Notes under the pieces: model-generated
The model's input: the letters and a program-made list of their open reading frames with translations, nothing else
What the model was told of the DNA's origin: nothing
Database searches by the model: none
Made by a program: the position numbers and the translations under genes
Origin: an archaeon
GTDB lineage: Archaea > Hydrothermarchaeota > Hydrothermarchaeia > Hydrothermarchaeales > BMS3B
NCBI GenBank assembly: GCA_026989875.1
Contig: JALSIP010000051.1
Coordinates: 1,161-65,160 of the forward strand
Reading direction: 5' to 3'
Length of the DNA stretch: 64,000 nucleotides
In this document: piece by piece, positions 45,290 through 54,911 of the stretch
How the letters are laid out: every line of letters starts with the position of its first letter
Numbering within the stretch: the first letter of the stretch is position 1

Positions 45290-47434
45290 ATGAAGGAGCA
45301 TGAAGACCACGCCGGGAGGGAGGAGCGCCATGGAGATGAGCACGGGCATGCGGAGCATGAGGCGCACACCCATGGAGCTGAGCACGGAGCGCATGAGCCG
45401 CAGGCGCATGGCGCTGAATTGCAGGAGCATGCAGAGCACGGCGAGAAGGCTGAGCACGGGCATGCGAAGCACAGCCACGAAGCTCACATAGTTGAGTTCA
45501 GGAAGCGCTTCTTCGTCTGCCTTGCTCTCACCGTGCCCATCCTGGCACTCTCCGAGATGGTTCAGCTCTGGCTGGGCTTTACCATAGAGATACCCTACCA
45601 GCGGCAGGTGCTCTTCCTGCTCTCCTCGGTGGTTTACTTCTATGGCGGAGCGCCCTTCCTGAAAGGCAGCTTTGCCGAGCTCAGGGCGAGGCAGCCAGGG
45701 ATGATGACGCTGATAAGCTCTGCCATCTCTGTAGCCTTCTTCTACTCCTCTGCCACGGTGTTCCTGATAGAGGGCAGGGACTTCTTCTGGGAGCTGGCAA
45801 CGCTTATTGATGTCATGCTCCTCGGGCACTGGATTGAGGCTAAGAGCATTCTTGGTGCTTCGCGTGCCCTTGAGGAGCTGGTTAAGATAATGCCCACTGT
45901 GGCGCACTTGGTTAAGGGGGAGAGCATAGAGGACGTGCCGGTTTCGCAGCTTAAGGCTGGAGATGTGGTGCTGGTTAAGCCGGGGGAGAAGATTCCCGCC
46001 GACGGAGTTGTGGTTGAGGGGGAGAGCTATGTTAACGAGGCGATGCTCACCGGCGAGTCCAAGCCCGTGAGGAAGAAGCCCGGGGATGAGGTGATAGGCG
46101 GGGCAATAAACACCGAGGGCTCGCTGAAGGTTGAGATACAGCGCACGGGCGAGGAGACCTACTTAGCGCAGGTGATTAAGCTGGTGAAGCAGGCGCAGGA
46201 GAGCCGCTCTCGCACGCAGGACTTAGCCAACAGGGCGGCGGCGATGCTCTTCTACGTTGCCATGGCAGTCGGCATAACCACCTACGCGGTGTGGTACTCC
46301 AGGGGGATGCCGGAGTTTGCCTTAGAGCGCGCCGTTACCGTGCTGGTTATAGCCTGTCCTCACGCGCTGGGGCTGGCGATTCCCTTAGTTGTGGCTATCT
46401 CCACCTCCATAACTGCAAAGAGCGGCATACTTATAAGGGACCGCCGTGCCTTTGAGGCGGCGAAGGATTTGAATGCAGTGGTGTTTGACAAGACGGGGAC
46501 GCTGACAGAGGGAAGGTTCGGGGTGAGCGACGTCATATCCTTCATCCCCGAGGAGGAGCTTCTCTCCCTCACCGCCAGCGTTGAGCGCAACTCCGAGCAC
46601 ATAATAGCTAAGGCGATAGTGGAGCATGCGGAGCGTGCTGGGGTTGAGCTCCCGCAGGTGGAGGAGTTCAGAGCCATCCCCGGCAAGGGCGCCTGCGGGA
46701 AGGTTTCCGGCAGGGAGGTGTGCGTGGGCAGCCCCAAGATGCTTGAGGAGCTCGGCATAGCTGTGGAGGACGAGCGCATAAAGGAGTTGCAGAGGCAGGG
46801 CAAGACTGTGGTGTTCACGCTGGTTGAAGGAAAGCTCGCCGGCGCCTTTGCGCTTGCCGACAGGGTGAGGGAGGTCTCAAGGGAAGCGGTGCACGAGCTC
46901 AAGAAGCGGGGTGTTAGGGTGTACATGCTCACCGGCGACGCTGAGGAGGTGGCAAAGTGGGTTTCCAAGGAGCTGGGCATAGACGACTACTTCGCCCAGG
47001 TGCTGCCCCACCAGAAGGCTGAGAAGATTCAGGAGCTTAAGCGCAGAGGCATGCGTGTAGCCATGGTTGGCGATGGCATAAACGATGCCCCCGCCCTGGT
47101 TACGGCAGATGTGGGCGTAGCCATAGGCGCGGGCACGGATGTGGCAATAGAGAGCGCGGACATCATTCTGGTGAAGAACGACCCCCGCGATGTGCCCAGG
47201 GTTATGGAGCTTTCTGCAAAAACCTACGCCAAGATGGTGCAGAACCTCTGGTGGGCTGCAGGCTACAACATCTTCGCCATACCCCTCGCTGCTGGCGTGC
47301 TGTACAGCTACGGCATAGTGGTGAGCCCGGCGATAGGTGCGCTGCTCATGTCCATGAGCACGGTGATAGTGGCGCTCAACAGCCAGACTCTGCGCAGGCT
47401 GGAGGCAGGTGCCGGGGGCACTGAGCAGGCTTAG
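45290..47434 (+). CDS. copB: P1B-type heavy-metal ATPase with His-rich N-terminus and CPH motif (CopB-like, Cu2+ exporter)
   Basis: The N-terminal ~70 aa are His/Glu-rich. The TM motif is CPH (VIACPHALGLA). DKTGTLT, TGD and GDGINDAP are present. Confidence 0.85.
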   Translation: MKEHEDHAGREERHGDEHGHAEHEAHTHGAEHGAHEPQAHGAELQEHAEHGEKAEHGHAKHSHEAHIVEFRKRFFVCLALTVPILALSEMVQLWLGFTIEIPYQRQVLFLLSSVVYFYGGAPFLKGSFAELRARQPGMMTLISSAISVAFFYSSATVFLIEGRDFFWELATLIDVMLLGHWIEAKSILGASRALEELVKIMPTVAHLVKGESIEDVPVSQLKAGDVVLVKPGEKIPADGVVVEGESYVNEAMLTGESKPVRKKPGDEVIGGAINTEGSLKVEIQRTGEETYLAQVIKLVKQAQESRSRTQDLANRAAAMLFYVAMAVGITTYAVWYSRGMPEFALERAVTVLVIACPHALGLAIPLVVAISTSITAKSGILIRDRRAFEAAKDLNAVVFDKTGTLTEGRFGVSDVISFIPEEELLSLTASVERNSEHIIAKAIVEHAERAGVELPQVEEFRAIPGKGACGKVSGREVCVGSPKMLEELGIAVEDERIKELQRQGKTVVFTLVEGKLAGAFALADRVREVSREAVHELKKRGVRVYMLTGDAEEVAKWVSKELGIDDYFAQVLPHQKAEKIQELKRRGMRVAMVGDGINDAPALVTADVGVAIGAGTDVAIESADIILVKNDPRDVPRVMELSAKTYAKMVQNLWWAAGYNIFAIPLAAGVLYSYGIVVSPAIGALLMSMSTVIVALNSQTLRRLEAGAGGTEQA

Positions 47435-47469
47435 CGTTTCCATCGTTAAAAACAGCCCTTAGGGAGTAC

Positions 47470-48069
47470 ATGCGGGTGCTTGCTTCCTGTGATGAGGCGC
47501 TTCGTGAGGCGGTGCGCATCCTAAGGCGGGGTGGCGTGGTCGCCTATCCCACAGACACCCTCTATGCTCTGGGTGTGGATGCCACCAGCGAGAGAGCGGT
47601 GCTGGAGCTCTTCAGGCTTAAGCGCCGTCCGCTGCACAAGCCGGTTTCTGCAGCCTTCTCTGACCTGGAGATGCTCAGGAGGTACTGCATCCTCAGCGAG
47701 GAGGCTGAGAGGCTGGTACGCTGCTTCCTGCCGGGTGAGCTCACCCTGCTGCTTCCGCGCCGCCGGCTCCCTGAGGTGCTCAGCGCAGGCGGCGAGAAGG
47801 TGGCGGTTCGCATACCCGCCAGCAAAACCGCCCTCCGCATGATAGAGATGTTTGGCAAGCCGGTTACCGCCACAAGTGCAAACCTCTCCGGCAGGGCGCC
47901 TGCAAGAAGGGTGGAGGATATTGAGGTTGAGGGTGTTGAGCTTGCCATCGCCACAGATGAGCCCCTCAGCGGCGTTGCGAGCACCATCTACGACCCTGAA
48001 GCCAGGAAGGTGCTCAGAGAAGGCAGAATCAGCCGTGAAGAAATAGAAAGCTGTCTCGGCGAGGGCTGA
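47470..48069 (+). CDS. tsaC: L-threonylcarbamoyladenylate synthase, YrdC/Sua5 domain only
   Basis: VVAYPTDTLYALGVDA ... K.RP..KP, and the YrdC fold length of 199 aa. Confidence 0.75.
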   Translation: MRVLASCDEALREAVRILRRGGVVAYPTDTLYALGVDATSERAVLELFRLKRRPLHKPVSAAFSDLEMLRRYCILSEEAERLVRCFLPGELTLLLPRRRLPEVLSAGGEKVAVRIPASKTALRMIEMFGKPVTATSANLSGRAPARRVEDIEVEGVELAIATDEPLSGVASTIYDPEARKVLREGRISREEIESCLGEG

Positions 48070-48070
48070 A

Positions 48071-48835
48071 TCACCTCACCAGCAGCACACTCTTCTCCGC
48101 ATTCTCAAGCACGTGCAGGGACACATGCCCCATGAGCACCCTCTTCAGCTTGCTCAGACCACGCGGTGCAAGCGCTATAAGCTCATGGGCGGCGCTTTCT
48201 CTGAGTATGACATCCCTCACCCTGCCAGTGGCGAGCTTCTTCTCAAACTCCCCGGAGTAAACCCCTCCCAGCACCTCGCCAGCCTTTTCAAGCGCCTGCC
48301 GGGCACGCTCCGTGTCTCCTTCCTCCCTTGCCACAGAGAGCAGCGCTACCCTGGAGCCAAGCCCCTCTGCAAGCCTGCCCGCAAACCTCACCGCCTTCAG
48401 GGAGTGCTCGCTGCCGTCGGTGCATATAAGGATGCGGGAGAGCTCTTCCGAACCCCTGTGAATCAGCGTGGGCACCTGCGAGTACTCGGCAAGCTTCTTG
48501 GTGAGCCCCTGGTTGATGTCAGAGTAGATGAGCATATCATAACCCTCCTTCTCAATTTCATCAAGCACCTGGGATACAGGCTCTCCGCCTCTGCTCATCC
48601 TTACAACCTCCTCCCCGAGCACCGCCCTCACCTTCTCAAGCACCGCTCGCTCTCCCTCTGCACCTCCGCTCTTCCCGAGCTGAATGCTGAAGGGTGAGTA
48701 GTACTTCTGTGCAATCTCCCTTCTCACACACAGCGCCGTCACCCTGCCATTGAGAGCAGAGGCGACCTTCTTGGTCACGTCCAGCAGGCTTTCCACATCA
48801 TCTCCCACGGGGCATACTAACAGCAGTATTCTCAA
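48071..48835 (-). CDS. universal stress protein, tandem Usp domains
   Basis: Two UspA-like domains, each with an ATP-binding G..G..G...S motif region. 254 aa. Confidence 0.75.
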   Translation of the reverse strand: MRILLLVCPVGDDVESLLDVTKKVASALNGRVTALCVRREIAQKYYSPFSIQLGKSGGAEGERAVLEKVRAVLGEEVVRMSRGGEPVSQVLDEIEKEGYDMLIYSDINQGLTKKLAEYSQVPTLIHRGSEELSRILICTDGSEHSLKAVRFAGRLAEGLGSRVALLSVAREEGDTERARQALEKAGEVLGGVYSGEFEKKLATGRVRDVILRESAAHELIALAPRGLSKLKRVLMGHVSLHVLENAEKSVLLVR

Positions 48836-48893
48836 ACCTTCACCTCCTTTAATAATAAAATTATGCTTTAGCCTAATATAACTTTTCTTAGAA

Positions 48894-49793
48894 TCAGATG
48901 AGCACTTCTCTGAGCAGCCTGGCTATCCTGCACAGTATGTCCCTTCTGGTTATTATGCCGATGGTGCTGCCCTGGTCATCCACCACTATCAGCCTGCTCA
49001 CGTTGTTCTGCTCCATTATGGTGATAGCTGTAGCCAGCGGGGCATCCTTGTGCACCGTTATCAGCGTCTCGCTCATCACGTCCCTGACCCTGCCCCTCTC
49101 AAGCCCCTCTGCAACCGCCCTCATTATGTCGGTGGCGGTCACTATGCCCACCGCCCTCTCGCCGTCCATCACGGGGGCACCCCTTATTCCGAGCCTGGTG
49201 AAGAGCTGTGCAGCCTCCCTTATGGTTGCATCAGGGGAGACGCTCTGCACGGTGTGGGAGGCTATGTCGTAAACAGGCTCCTTTGGCACCGAAGCCATCT
49301 CCAGTATGTCAATAAGCAGCACATTGTCAATGTCATCCCTGCCCACCACCCTGCCCTTTATAGCCAAGCGGTTCACCGGCGTTGGACCGATGAGCACCTC
49401 CTTGCCCACCTCTATTCGTCTGAGGTCGCCCAGAGCGTGCACCGTGGCTCTGCACTTCTCCGGGTCGTGTATGGTCATCAGGTCTATGCCCGTGACCGTG
49501 ACATCCGGCACCGGCTTGCCGTCCACCCTTATCGGCACCGCCACCTCCCGCTCCACCTTCTGGTAGCTCAGTATGGAGTAGCACTCCGCGGTGGGTCTGT
49601 AGCCGCCCTTGGGTCCGGGCACGCCCTCCACCAGCCCCAGGCTGCGCAGGGACTGCATCTGGTTGCGTATGGTGCCAGGGTTCTTGTTGATGAGCTCCGC
49701 TATGTCCTCTCCCTTAACCGCCTCTCCTCCTGATCTGTGGTACAGCTCAACCAGTGCCAGCAGAACCTCCCTCTGGACAGGTGTCAGCTTCAT
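48894..49793 (-). CDS. transcriptional regulator: N-terminal winged HTH + ParBc-like linker + two CBS domains
   Basis: N-terminal VQREVLLALVELYHRSGGEAVKGEDIAELINKNPGTIRNQMQSLRSLGLVEGVPGPKGGYRPT, and a C-terminal CBS pair. A common archaeal architecture. Confidence 0.75.
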   Translation of the reverse strand: MKLTPVQREVLLALVELYHRSGGEAVKGEDIAELINKNPGTIRNQMQSLRSLGLVEGVPGPKGGYRPTAECYSILSYQKVEREVAVPIRVDGKPVPDVTVTGIDLMTIHDPEKCRATVHALGDLRRIEVGKEVLIGPTPVNRLAIKGRVVGRDDIDNVLLIDILEMASVPKEPVYDIASHTVQSVSPDATIREAAQLFTRLGIRGAPVMDGERAVGIVTATDIMRAVAEGLERGRVRDVMSETLITVHKDAPLATAITIMEQNNVSRLIVVDDQGSTIGIITRRDILCRIARLLREVLI

Positions 49794-49889
49794 CTCCTAC
49801 CCCTTGCAGCGCTCATGTAATAGGGTGCACAGCTACCATATAAATATTTATGCGATATGTTTATATGGTGGCGGAGATTAAGGTATAAC

Positions 49890-50066
49890 ATGCTTTCTGA
49901 TGAGAGAGCGCAGGTGAGCATTGAGTTTATTCTGCTTGTTGGCGGGGTTCTCATAGGGGCTCTCACCATCTTCACCCTGCGGGATTCGCTCAAGAATTTT
50001 GCCCAGGTCATAAGCGACTGGGCTGCGCAGGAGAGGAACATCTCCATCTCCCAGGTCACCAGGTAG
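49890..50066 (+). CDS. small archaeal type IV pilin-like protein (class III signal peptide, DUF361-type motif)
   Basis: MLSDERAQVSIEFILLVGGVLIGALTIF has the R-A|Q-x-S-x-E-F prepilin motif followed by a hydrophobic helix. A TATA box, gtttatatgg (49859-49868), lies about 25 nt upstream. Confidence 0.55.
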   Translation: MLSDERAQVSIEFILLVGGVLIGALTIFTLRDSLKNFAQVISDWAAQERNISISQVTR

Positions 50067-50945
50067 TCAGCGGTGGTTCTCGCGGTGGTGTCTGTCAAAG
50101 GGCTCCACGTGCACCGTGACGCTGCTAACCTCCGGCATGTTTTTTGAGATGTTGTTTTCCACCTCGTGGGCAATCCTGTGGGCTTCCCTGAGCTCCAGGT
50201 TTTCGTCAACGCACACGTGCAGGTCAACCTTGCAGTATGCCCCCATGGCATGCACCTTTATTCTGTGCACGTGCACCACTCCCGGAGTAGCTAAGCTGAG
50301 CTTCTCTATCCTCTCCACGATTTCTTGTGAGGGTACGGTGCCCATGAGGTACCTCACATTCTTCCAGCATGTCTCAGCCGCAATTCTCAGCACCAGCAGG
50401 GCTATTGCAATGCCCACCAGCGGGTCAAGCAAGCCAAAGCCTGCCCAGCCTGCGAGCACACCTGCCATCACAGCCAGGGAGGTGTAAACGTCCCCCCGGT
50501 AGTTGGCGACGCTTGCTTCCAGAGCCGGGCTCCGGGTGCGCTCAGCCACCTTGGCTGTGTAGGCTGCAAGCAGGTGCTTGCCGGCTATGTTTAGTAGCAC
50601 GGCTACCGCTGCTATGCCGCCAATCCTCTCCGGGGGATTGAGCAGCCTGCCTGCAGCCGCAACCATGAACTCAACCACCACAAATGCCAGGAAAAGTGAC
50701 GCCACAAGCCCGGCGATGGCTTCTGCATCGTGGTGTCCGTGGGGGTGGGTGCTGTCTGCCGGCTTGGAGCTCACCCTTATCCCCACCAGCGCCACAGTGG
50801 AGAGCAGCACATCTGTGAGGGAGTCAATGGCATGGGCTACGAGGGCGGCGCTTCCGGAGTACAGACCCGCACCTCCCTTCAGCACCGCCAGGCACAGGTT
50901 TGCCGCCACCCCCACCAGAGACGCCTTCTCCCTTTCATCACGCAT
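50067..50945 (-). CDS. cation diffusion facilitator (CDF) family metal efflux transporter
   Basis: Six TM segments with the HxxxD motifs and a C-terminal cytoplasmic domain (HVHVEP). The start is trimmed to the Met at 50945 to avoid the tRNA. Confidence 0.8.
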   Translation of the reverse strand: MRDEREKASLVGVAANLCLAVLKGGAGLYSGSAALVAHAIDSLTDVLLSTVALVGIRVSSKPADSTHPHGHHDAEAIAGLVASLFLAFVVVEFMVAAAGRLLNPPERIGGIAAVAVLLNIAGKHLLAAYTAKVAERTRSPALEASVANYRGDVYTSLAVMAGVLAGWAGFGLLDPLVGIAIALLVLRIAAETCWKNVRYLMGTVPSQEIVERIEKLSLATPGVVHVHRIKVHAMGAYCKVDLHVCVDENLELREAHRIAHEVENNISKNMPEVSSVTVHVEPFDRHHRENHR

Positions 50946-50977
50946 TCCTGGCACGCCCTTAAAATAAAAGAAGTGAG

Positions 50978-51050
50978 CGCCGCCGGACAGACTCGAACTG
51001 TCGACCACCTGGTTAACAGCCAGGCGCTCTACCTACTGAGCTACGGCGGC
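50978..51050 (-). tRNA. tRNA-Asn (anticodon GTT)
   Basis: Manual fold of the reverse complement: acceptor GCCGCCG/CGGCGGC; D-arm GCTC-AGTAGGTA-GAGC; anticodon stem CCTGG/CCAGG with loop CTGTTAA; T-arm GACAG-TTCGAGT-CTGTC; discriminator G. Confidence 0.8.
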
Positions 51051-51082
51051 TGTGGAGCAGTGCTGGCGTTAACGAGGTAAAA

Positions 51083-52444
51083 CTATGCCACAGCCTCCTC
51101 AGCCTGCCTGAGCACCTCCTCAACCAGCCTCTCCAGCTCCCTGAGGTGCTCCTCGGTGGTTGCCTCAATGCTCGCCCTTATTATCGGCGAGGTGTTGCTC
51201 GGTCTCAGCAGAGCCCAGCCGTGCTCCGTCACCACCCTGGCGCCATCAGTGGTGTCTGGAGCATAGCCCATGTCCCTGAAAATCTCCACCACCCTGTCCA
51301 CCACCTCAAACTTCACCCGGTCATCGCAACTGAAGTTGCGGTGCAGCTTGGGATAGCTGGGTATCTCGTCAGCAAGCTCCGAGAGCCTCTCGCCTCTCTC
51401 AGCCAGTATCGTGGCAAGCTTCAGGCTTATAAGGATGGGGTCATCAAAGGGGTGGAAGTCCGGGTAGAAGTAGTGGGCGCTGGTCTCCATGGCAAAGACC
51501 GCATCATGCTCCTTTATAGCCTCGCACACGAACACATCCCCCACCCTGACCCTCTTCACCTCGGCGCCGTACTTTGAGAGCACCTCCTCCACTATTTGCG
51601 AGCACTCCACATTCGCTATTACCACCCCGCCTCCCTTCTCCTTCAGCACCTCCCGGGCGACTATTATGCCTATCTTCTCATTCTGCACCACCCTGCCCAG
51701 GTCGTCAACAAACACCACCCTGTCGGCGTCGCCGTCATAACCTGCCCCGAAGGCGCAGCCCATGGCAGGCACCGCCCTTGCCAGGTCAGCCAGGCTCTCC
51801 GGGGTGGGCTCGCTCTTCCTGCCCGGGAAGGTTCCGTCAGCCTGGGCATTCAGCGTCTTCACCCTGGCGCCAGCCTTTCTGAAGAGCTCCGGAGCCACCA
51901 CCCCGGCGGCGCCGTTGCCAATGTCCAGCACCACGCTGAGCTCCCTCTCTAAGCTCAGCCTCTCCAGCAGGTACGCCTGATAGTCTGCAAGCACGCCCCG
52001 TGTGCTGAGCTGCACGCATTCGCCAACACCGCTCCACTCCGGGGTTATAAACTCTCCCTTCATGAATATCTCCTTCACCCTCTGATTCTCGTGGGTGTAG
52101 CCTGTGCCATCGCTCCTCCTGAACCTCACGCCGTTGTACTCTGGAGGGTTGTGGGAGGCGGTGACGTAGGCGCCTGCATCGTAGCCGTACCTTCCAACCG
52201 CAAAGTTCAGCACCGGGATGGGCAGCATTCCCGTCAGGTGCACCTCCACTCCTGTGGAGCAGAGCCCTGAAACAAAAGCCTGCTCAAACATCACCGAGGT
52301 TACCCGGGGGTCTCTCCCCACCACCACCCTGCCTTTTCCGCGGAGATGAGTACCAAAAGCCCTGCCTATGCCCGCGGCGGTTTCGGCGGTTATATCCCTG
52401 TTTATTATGCCTCTGACATCGTATGCTCTGAATATGTACTCCAT
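51083..52444 (-). CDS. phosphoglucosamine/phosphomannomutase (alpha-D-phosphohexomutase family)
   Basis: Active-site TASHNP and a metal-binding GAGYDGDADR loop, plus a four-domain architecture. 453 aa. Confidence 0.85.
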   Translation of the reverse strand: MEYIFRAYDVRGIINRDITAETAAGIGRAFGTHLRGKGRVVVGRDPRVTSVMFEQAFVSGLCSTGVEVHLTGMLPIPVLNFAVGRYGYDAGAYVTASHNPPEYNGVRFRRSDGTGYTHENQRVKEIFMKGEFITPEWSGVGECVQLSTRGVLADYQAYLLERLSLERELSVVLDIGNGAAGVVAPELFRKAGARVKTLNAQADGTFPGRKSEPTPESLADLARAVPAMGCAFGAGYDGDADRVVFVDDLGRVVQNEKIGIIVAREVLKEKGGGVVIANVECSQIVEEVLSKYGAEVKRVRVGDVFVCEAIKEHDAVFAMETSAHYFYPDFHPFDDPILISLKLATILAERGERLSELADEIPSYPKLHRNFSCDDRVKFEVVDRVVEIFRDMGYAPDTTDGARVVTEHGWALLRPSNTSPIIRASIEATTEEHLRELERLVEEVLRQAEEAVA

Positions 52445-52453
52445 CCAACCACC

Positions 52454-53758
52454 TCACCCTACGTTATCTGCCGGCGCATATTTTACCTTTATCCCGCTGC
52501 AGCTGCCGGAAAGCGGCGCAAACAGCCTCACCTCCACGCACTCCCCCTTCTCCACCCCCTCAGTGTTCTCCGGCACCACAACAAACCCGTCTGCCCTGAG
52601 CATGGAGCTCAGCACCCCCGAGCCCGAGACCCTGACGGGCTCAGCCTCAAAGCCGCCCTCACCCACGCTCACCCTCACCCTGACAAAGTCCCTCCTGCCG
52701 AGCTCGGAGGCTATCTTCCTGCGCAGCACCGCCTTTACCGCGGGATAGGGGCAGTTGACAGGAGTCCCCTGCATGAGCTGCAGCGTTGGTCTGACCAGCG
52801 CCTCAAAGCCGAAGAGGGTGGCGACGGGGTAGCCCGGGAGCATGAACACCAGTGCCCTGCCAGCCCTCCCGAAGCCCGTGGGCTCTCCGGGACGCATGGC
52901 TATGCCGTGCACCAGCACCCTGCCAAGCTCCGCGAACACCTCAGGCACCAAGTCGTGCTCGCCTACGGAGCTGGCACCTGTCACCAGCACCACATCCGCC
53001 TGGGCTGCTGCAGCCCTTAAAGCCTCCTCCAGCGCCTCTCTGCTGTCCTCCACTATGCCCACCCTCTCAGCCTCCGCGCCCGCGCTCCTGCAAAGGTGTA
53101 CCAGCGCATGTCCCGTAGCCTCGTACACCATCCCCTCGCCCAGCTCCTCCCCCGGCTCTGCCAGCTCGTCACCCGTTGCAATCACCTTAACCCCGGGGCG
53201 GGTACTGACCCTCACCCTGGCTCTGCCCAGAGACGCGAGCACCGCCAGCTCCCTGGCTTCAAGCAGTCTGCCAGCGCTCAGCAGCACCTCACCCTTCCTG
53301 TAGTCCTCACCCTGGAGCGCCACGTTCTTTCCAGGAGGCACCGCCCTGAGCACCTCTATCTCACCGCCCAGCACATTCACATGCTCCAGCATCACCACCG
53401 CATCCGCACCCTCAGGAAGAGGCGCACCCGTGCTCACCCTCACCGCCTCACCCTCCCCCAGCACTCCCTGCCAGCCGCTGCCGGCACGTGCCTCACCCTC
53501 CCTGAGCCTGAGGTACCTGGGCGAGGACTGCGACGCTCCGAAGGTGCTGCTCGCCCTGACTGCAAAACCGTCCATGGCAGCTCTGGAGAAGGGTGGACTG
53601 TCCCGCTCAGCTCTCACATCCTCTGCAAGCACGCGCCCCCCAGCCTGCGAGAGGTGCACCTCCTGCGGGGGCAGTCTTTTAACATTCCTCTCAAGCAGCT
53701 CAAGCGCTTCCCCGAGCAGCGTCAGCTCTCTGAATCCCCTGCCTCTGATGCTCCGCAT
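52454..53758 (-). CDS. moeA: molybdopterin molybdenumtransferase
   Basis: MoeA N/linker/MoCF-biosynthesis (GGVSVG-like GASSVGEHD)/C-terminal domains. 434 aa. Confidence 0.8.
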   Translation of the reverse strand: MRSIRGRGFRELTLLGEALELLERNVKRLPPQEVHLSQAGGRVLAEDVRAERDSPPFSRAAMDGFAVRASSTFGASQSSPRYLRLREGEARAGSGWQGVLGEGEAVRVSTGAPLPEGADAVVMLEHVNVLGGEIEVLRAVPPGKNVALQGEDYRKGEVLLSAGRLLEARELAVLASLGRARVRVSTRPGVKVIATGDELAEPGEELGEGMVYEATGHALVHLCRSAGAEAERVGIVEDSREALEEALRAAAAQADVVLVTGASSVGEHDLVPEVFAELGRVLVHGIAMRPGEPTGFGRAGRALVFMLPGYPVATLFGFEALVRPTLQLMQGTPVNCPYPAVKAVLRRKIASELGRRDFVRVRVSVGEGGFEAEPVRVSGSGVLSSMLRADGFVVVPENTEGVEKGECVEVRLFAPLSGSCSGIKVKYAPADNVG

Positions 53759-54330
53759 AGCTCAAGAATCCTCCTGTAGTCCCGGGGTGTGTTCACGTTT
53801 AAAAAGCTTTCAAGCTGCGGGTCTGCCCTTCGCACGGCGCTCTCCGGGAGCACCCTTGCCTCCAGCATCTCCGCAAGCTGATACATGCTTCTTGCCTCTT
53901 TCAGCTCTGCCATAGCGCTTCTCCTGTAGGCGCCGTGGAGCGGCTGCAACCTGCCGTAAGCCTCGGGGATGCAGGCGTTGCCATGCTCAAGCTCGCCGGC
54001 GAGCATGAAGTACAGCTCTGGCTTCACGAGGGGGCAGTCCACCGGCATTGAGAGTATGCACTCGCCGGATGCGTGGGCTGAGGCTGAGAGCAGCGCCATC
54101 GCCGGTCCAGCTCCCGGCGCCGAGTCCAGCACCACTCTGGTGTCGCACAGCCTTCTCACCACCTCAGCCTGCGCCTCAGTTGCCACAGCCACCATCACCT
54201 CATCCCCCACCCTGCAGGCAGCCTCCAGCACATGCTCCAAGAAGCTCCTGCCATTAAGCATGAGCAGCTTTTTATCGCTGCCCATCCTCCTGCTCGCTCC
54301 ACCCGCAAGCACCACGGCGGTGCAGCGCAT
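53722..54330 (-). CDS. mobA: molybdenum cofactor guanylyltransferase
   Basis: AVVLAGGASRRMG.DK is the MobA signature. 202 aa. Confidence 0.8.
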   Translation of the reverse strand: MRCTAVVLAGGASRRMGSDKKLLMLNGRSFLEHVLEAACRVGDEVMVAVATEAQAEVVRRLCDTRVVLDSAPGAGPAMALLSASAHASGECILSMPVDCPLVKPELYFMLAGELEHGNACIPEAYGRLQPLHGAYRRSAMAELKEARSMYQLAEMLEARVLPESAVRRADPQLESFLNVNTPRDYRRILELCGASEAGDSES

Positions 54331-54390
54331 ACCCGCTGGCTTCCGGGTAACGACCCAAAACTTTAAGCAGAGCGCCGCAAAAGCCTGAGC

Positions 54391-54900
54391 GTGCGGGTGC
54401 TGGTGCTACCTGTGTGCAGCGCAGATGCCGGAGCTGCAGAGCAGACGGCTGCAGTCATGGGCAGGCGATTCAGCGTGCACCTGGGCAGAGCGCTCAACCC
54501 CAGGCTGTGCTTCAACTCTCGCAGCCAGGTGGTGGCTGAGCCGCTGCTGGAGGAGCTCTGCAGCCTGGGGCTCAGTCGCTTCAAGCTTCTCGGCGTTACC
54601 GGGCATGACCTCACCGCAGACGGCAGCAGCTACGTCTTCGGGCTTGCGGAGCTGGGCGGCAGGGCAGCGCTGCTTTCAACCTTCAGGCTGAGGTGCGCCG
54701 AGCATGAGAGGTTCATGCTGAGGCTGCTGAAGGAGGCGCTGCACGAGCTGGGGCACACCTTCGGCTTGAAGCACTGCACGCAAAGCTGCGTCATGCGCTT
54801 CTCTGCCGAGGTGCACGAGGTGGATGCCAAGCCTGCATGCTTCTGCAGCTCATGCGCGAGCAGCCTAACAAGGTTTCAATCGTTAGCAGGTAGAATATAG
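54391..54900 (+). CDS. amzA: archaemetzincin
   Basis: HELGHTFGLKHC followed by C....C ... C..C. Archaemetzincin zinc-protease motif. Confidence 0.8.
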   Translation: MRVLVLPVCSADAGAAEQTAAVMGRRFSVHLGRALNPRLCFNSRSQVVAEPLLEELCSLGLSRFKLLGVTGHDLTADGSSYVFGLAELGGRAALLSTFRLRCAEHERFMLRLLKEALHELGHTFGLKHCTQSCVMRFSAEVHEVDAKPACFCSSCASSLTRFQSLAGRI

Positions 54901-54911
54901 CTTAGCCCGAG

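Noticed and set aside
45300-45491. 63-aa alternative-frame ORF inside the copB His-rich region
   Set aside because: It is an out-of-frame shadow of the repetitive His/Glu codons. copB frame continuity and P-type ATPase motifs support the long ORF.
50946-51082. tRNA-Asn as a mobile-element integration site
   Set aside because: No integrase, transposase, direct repeat of the tRNA 3' end or compositional break is visible on either side within the window.
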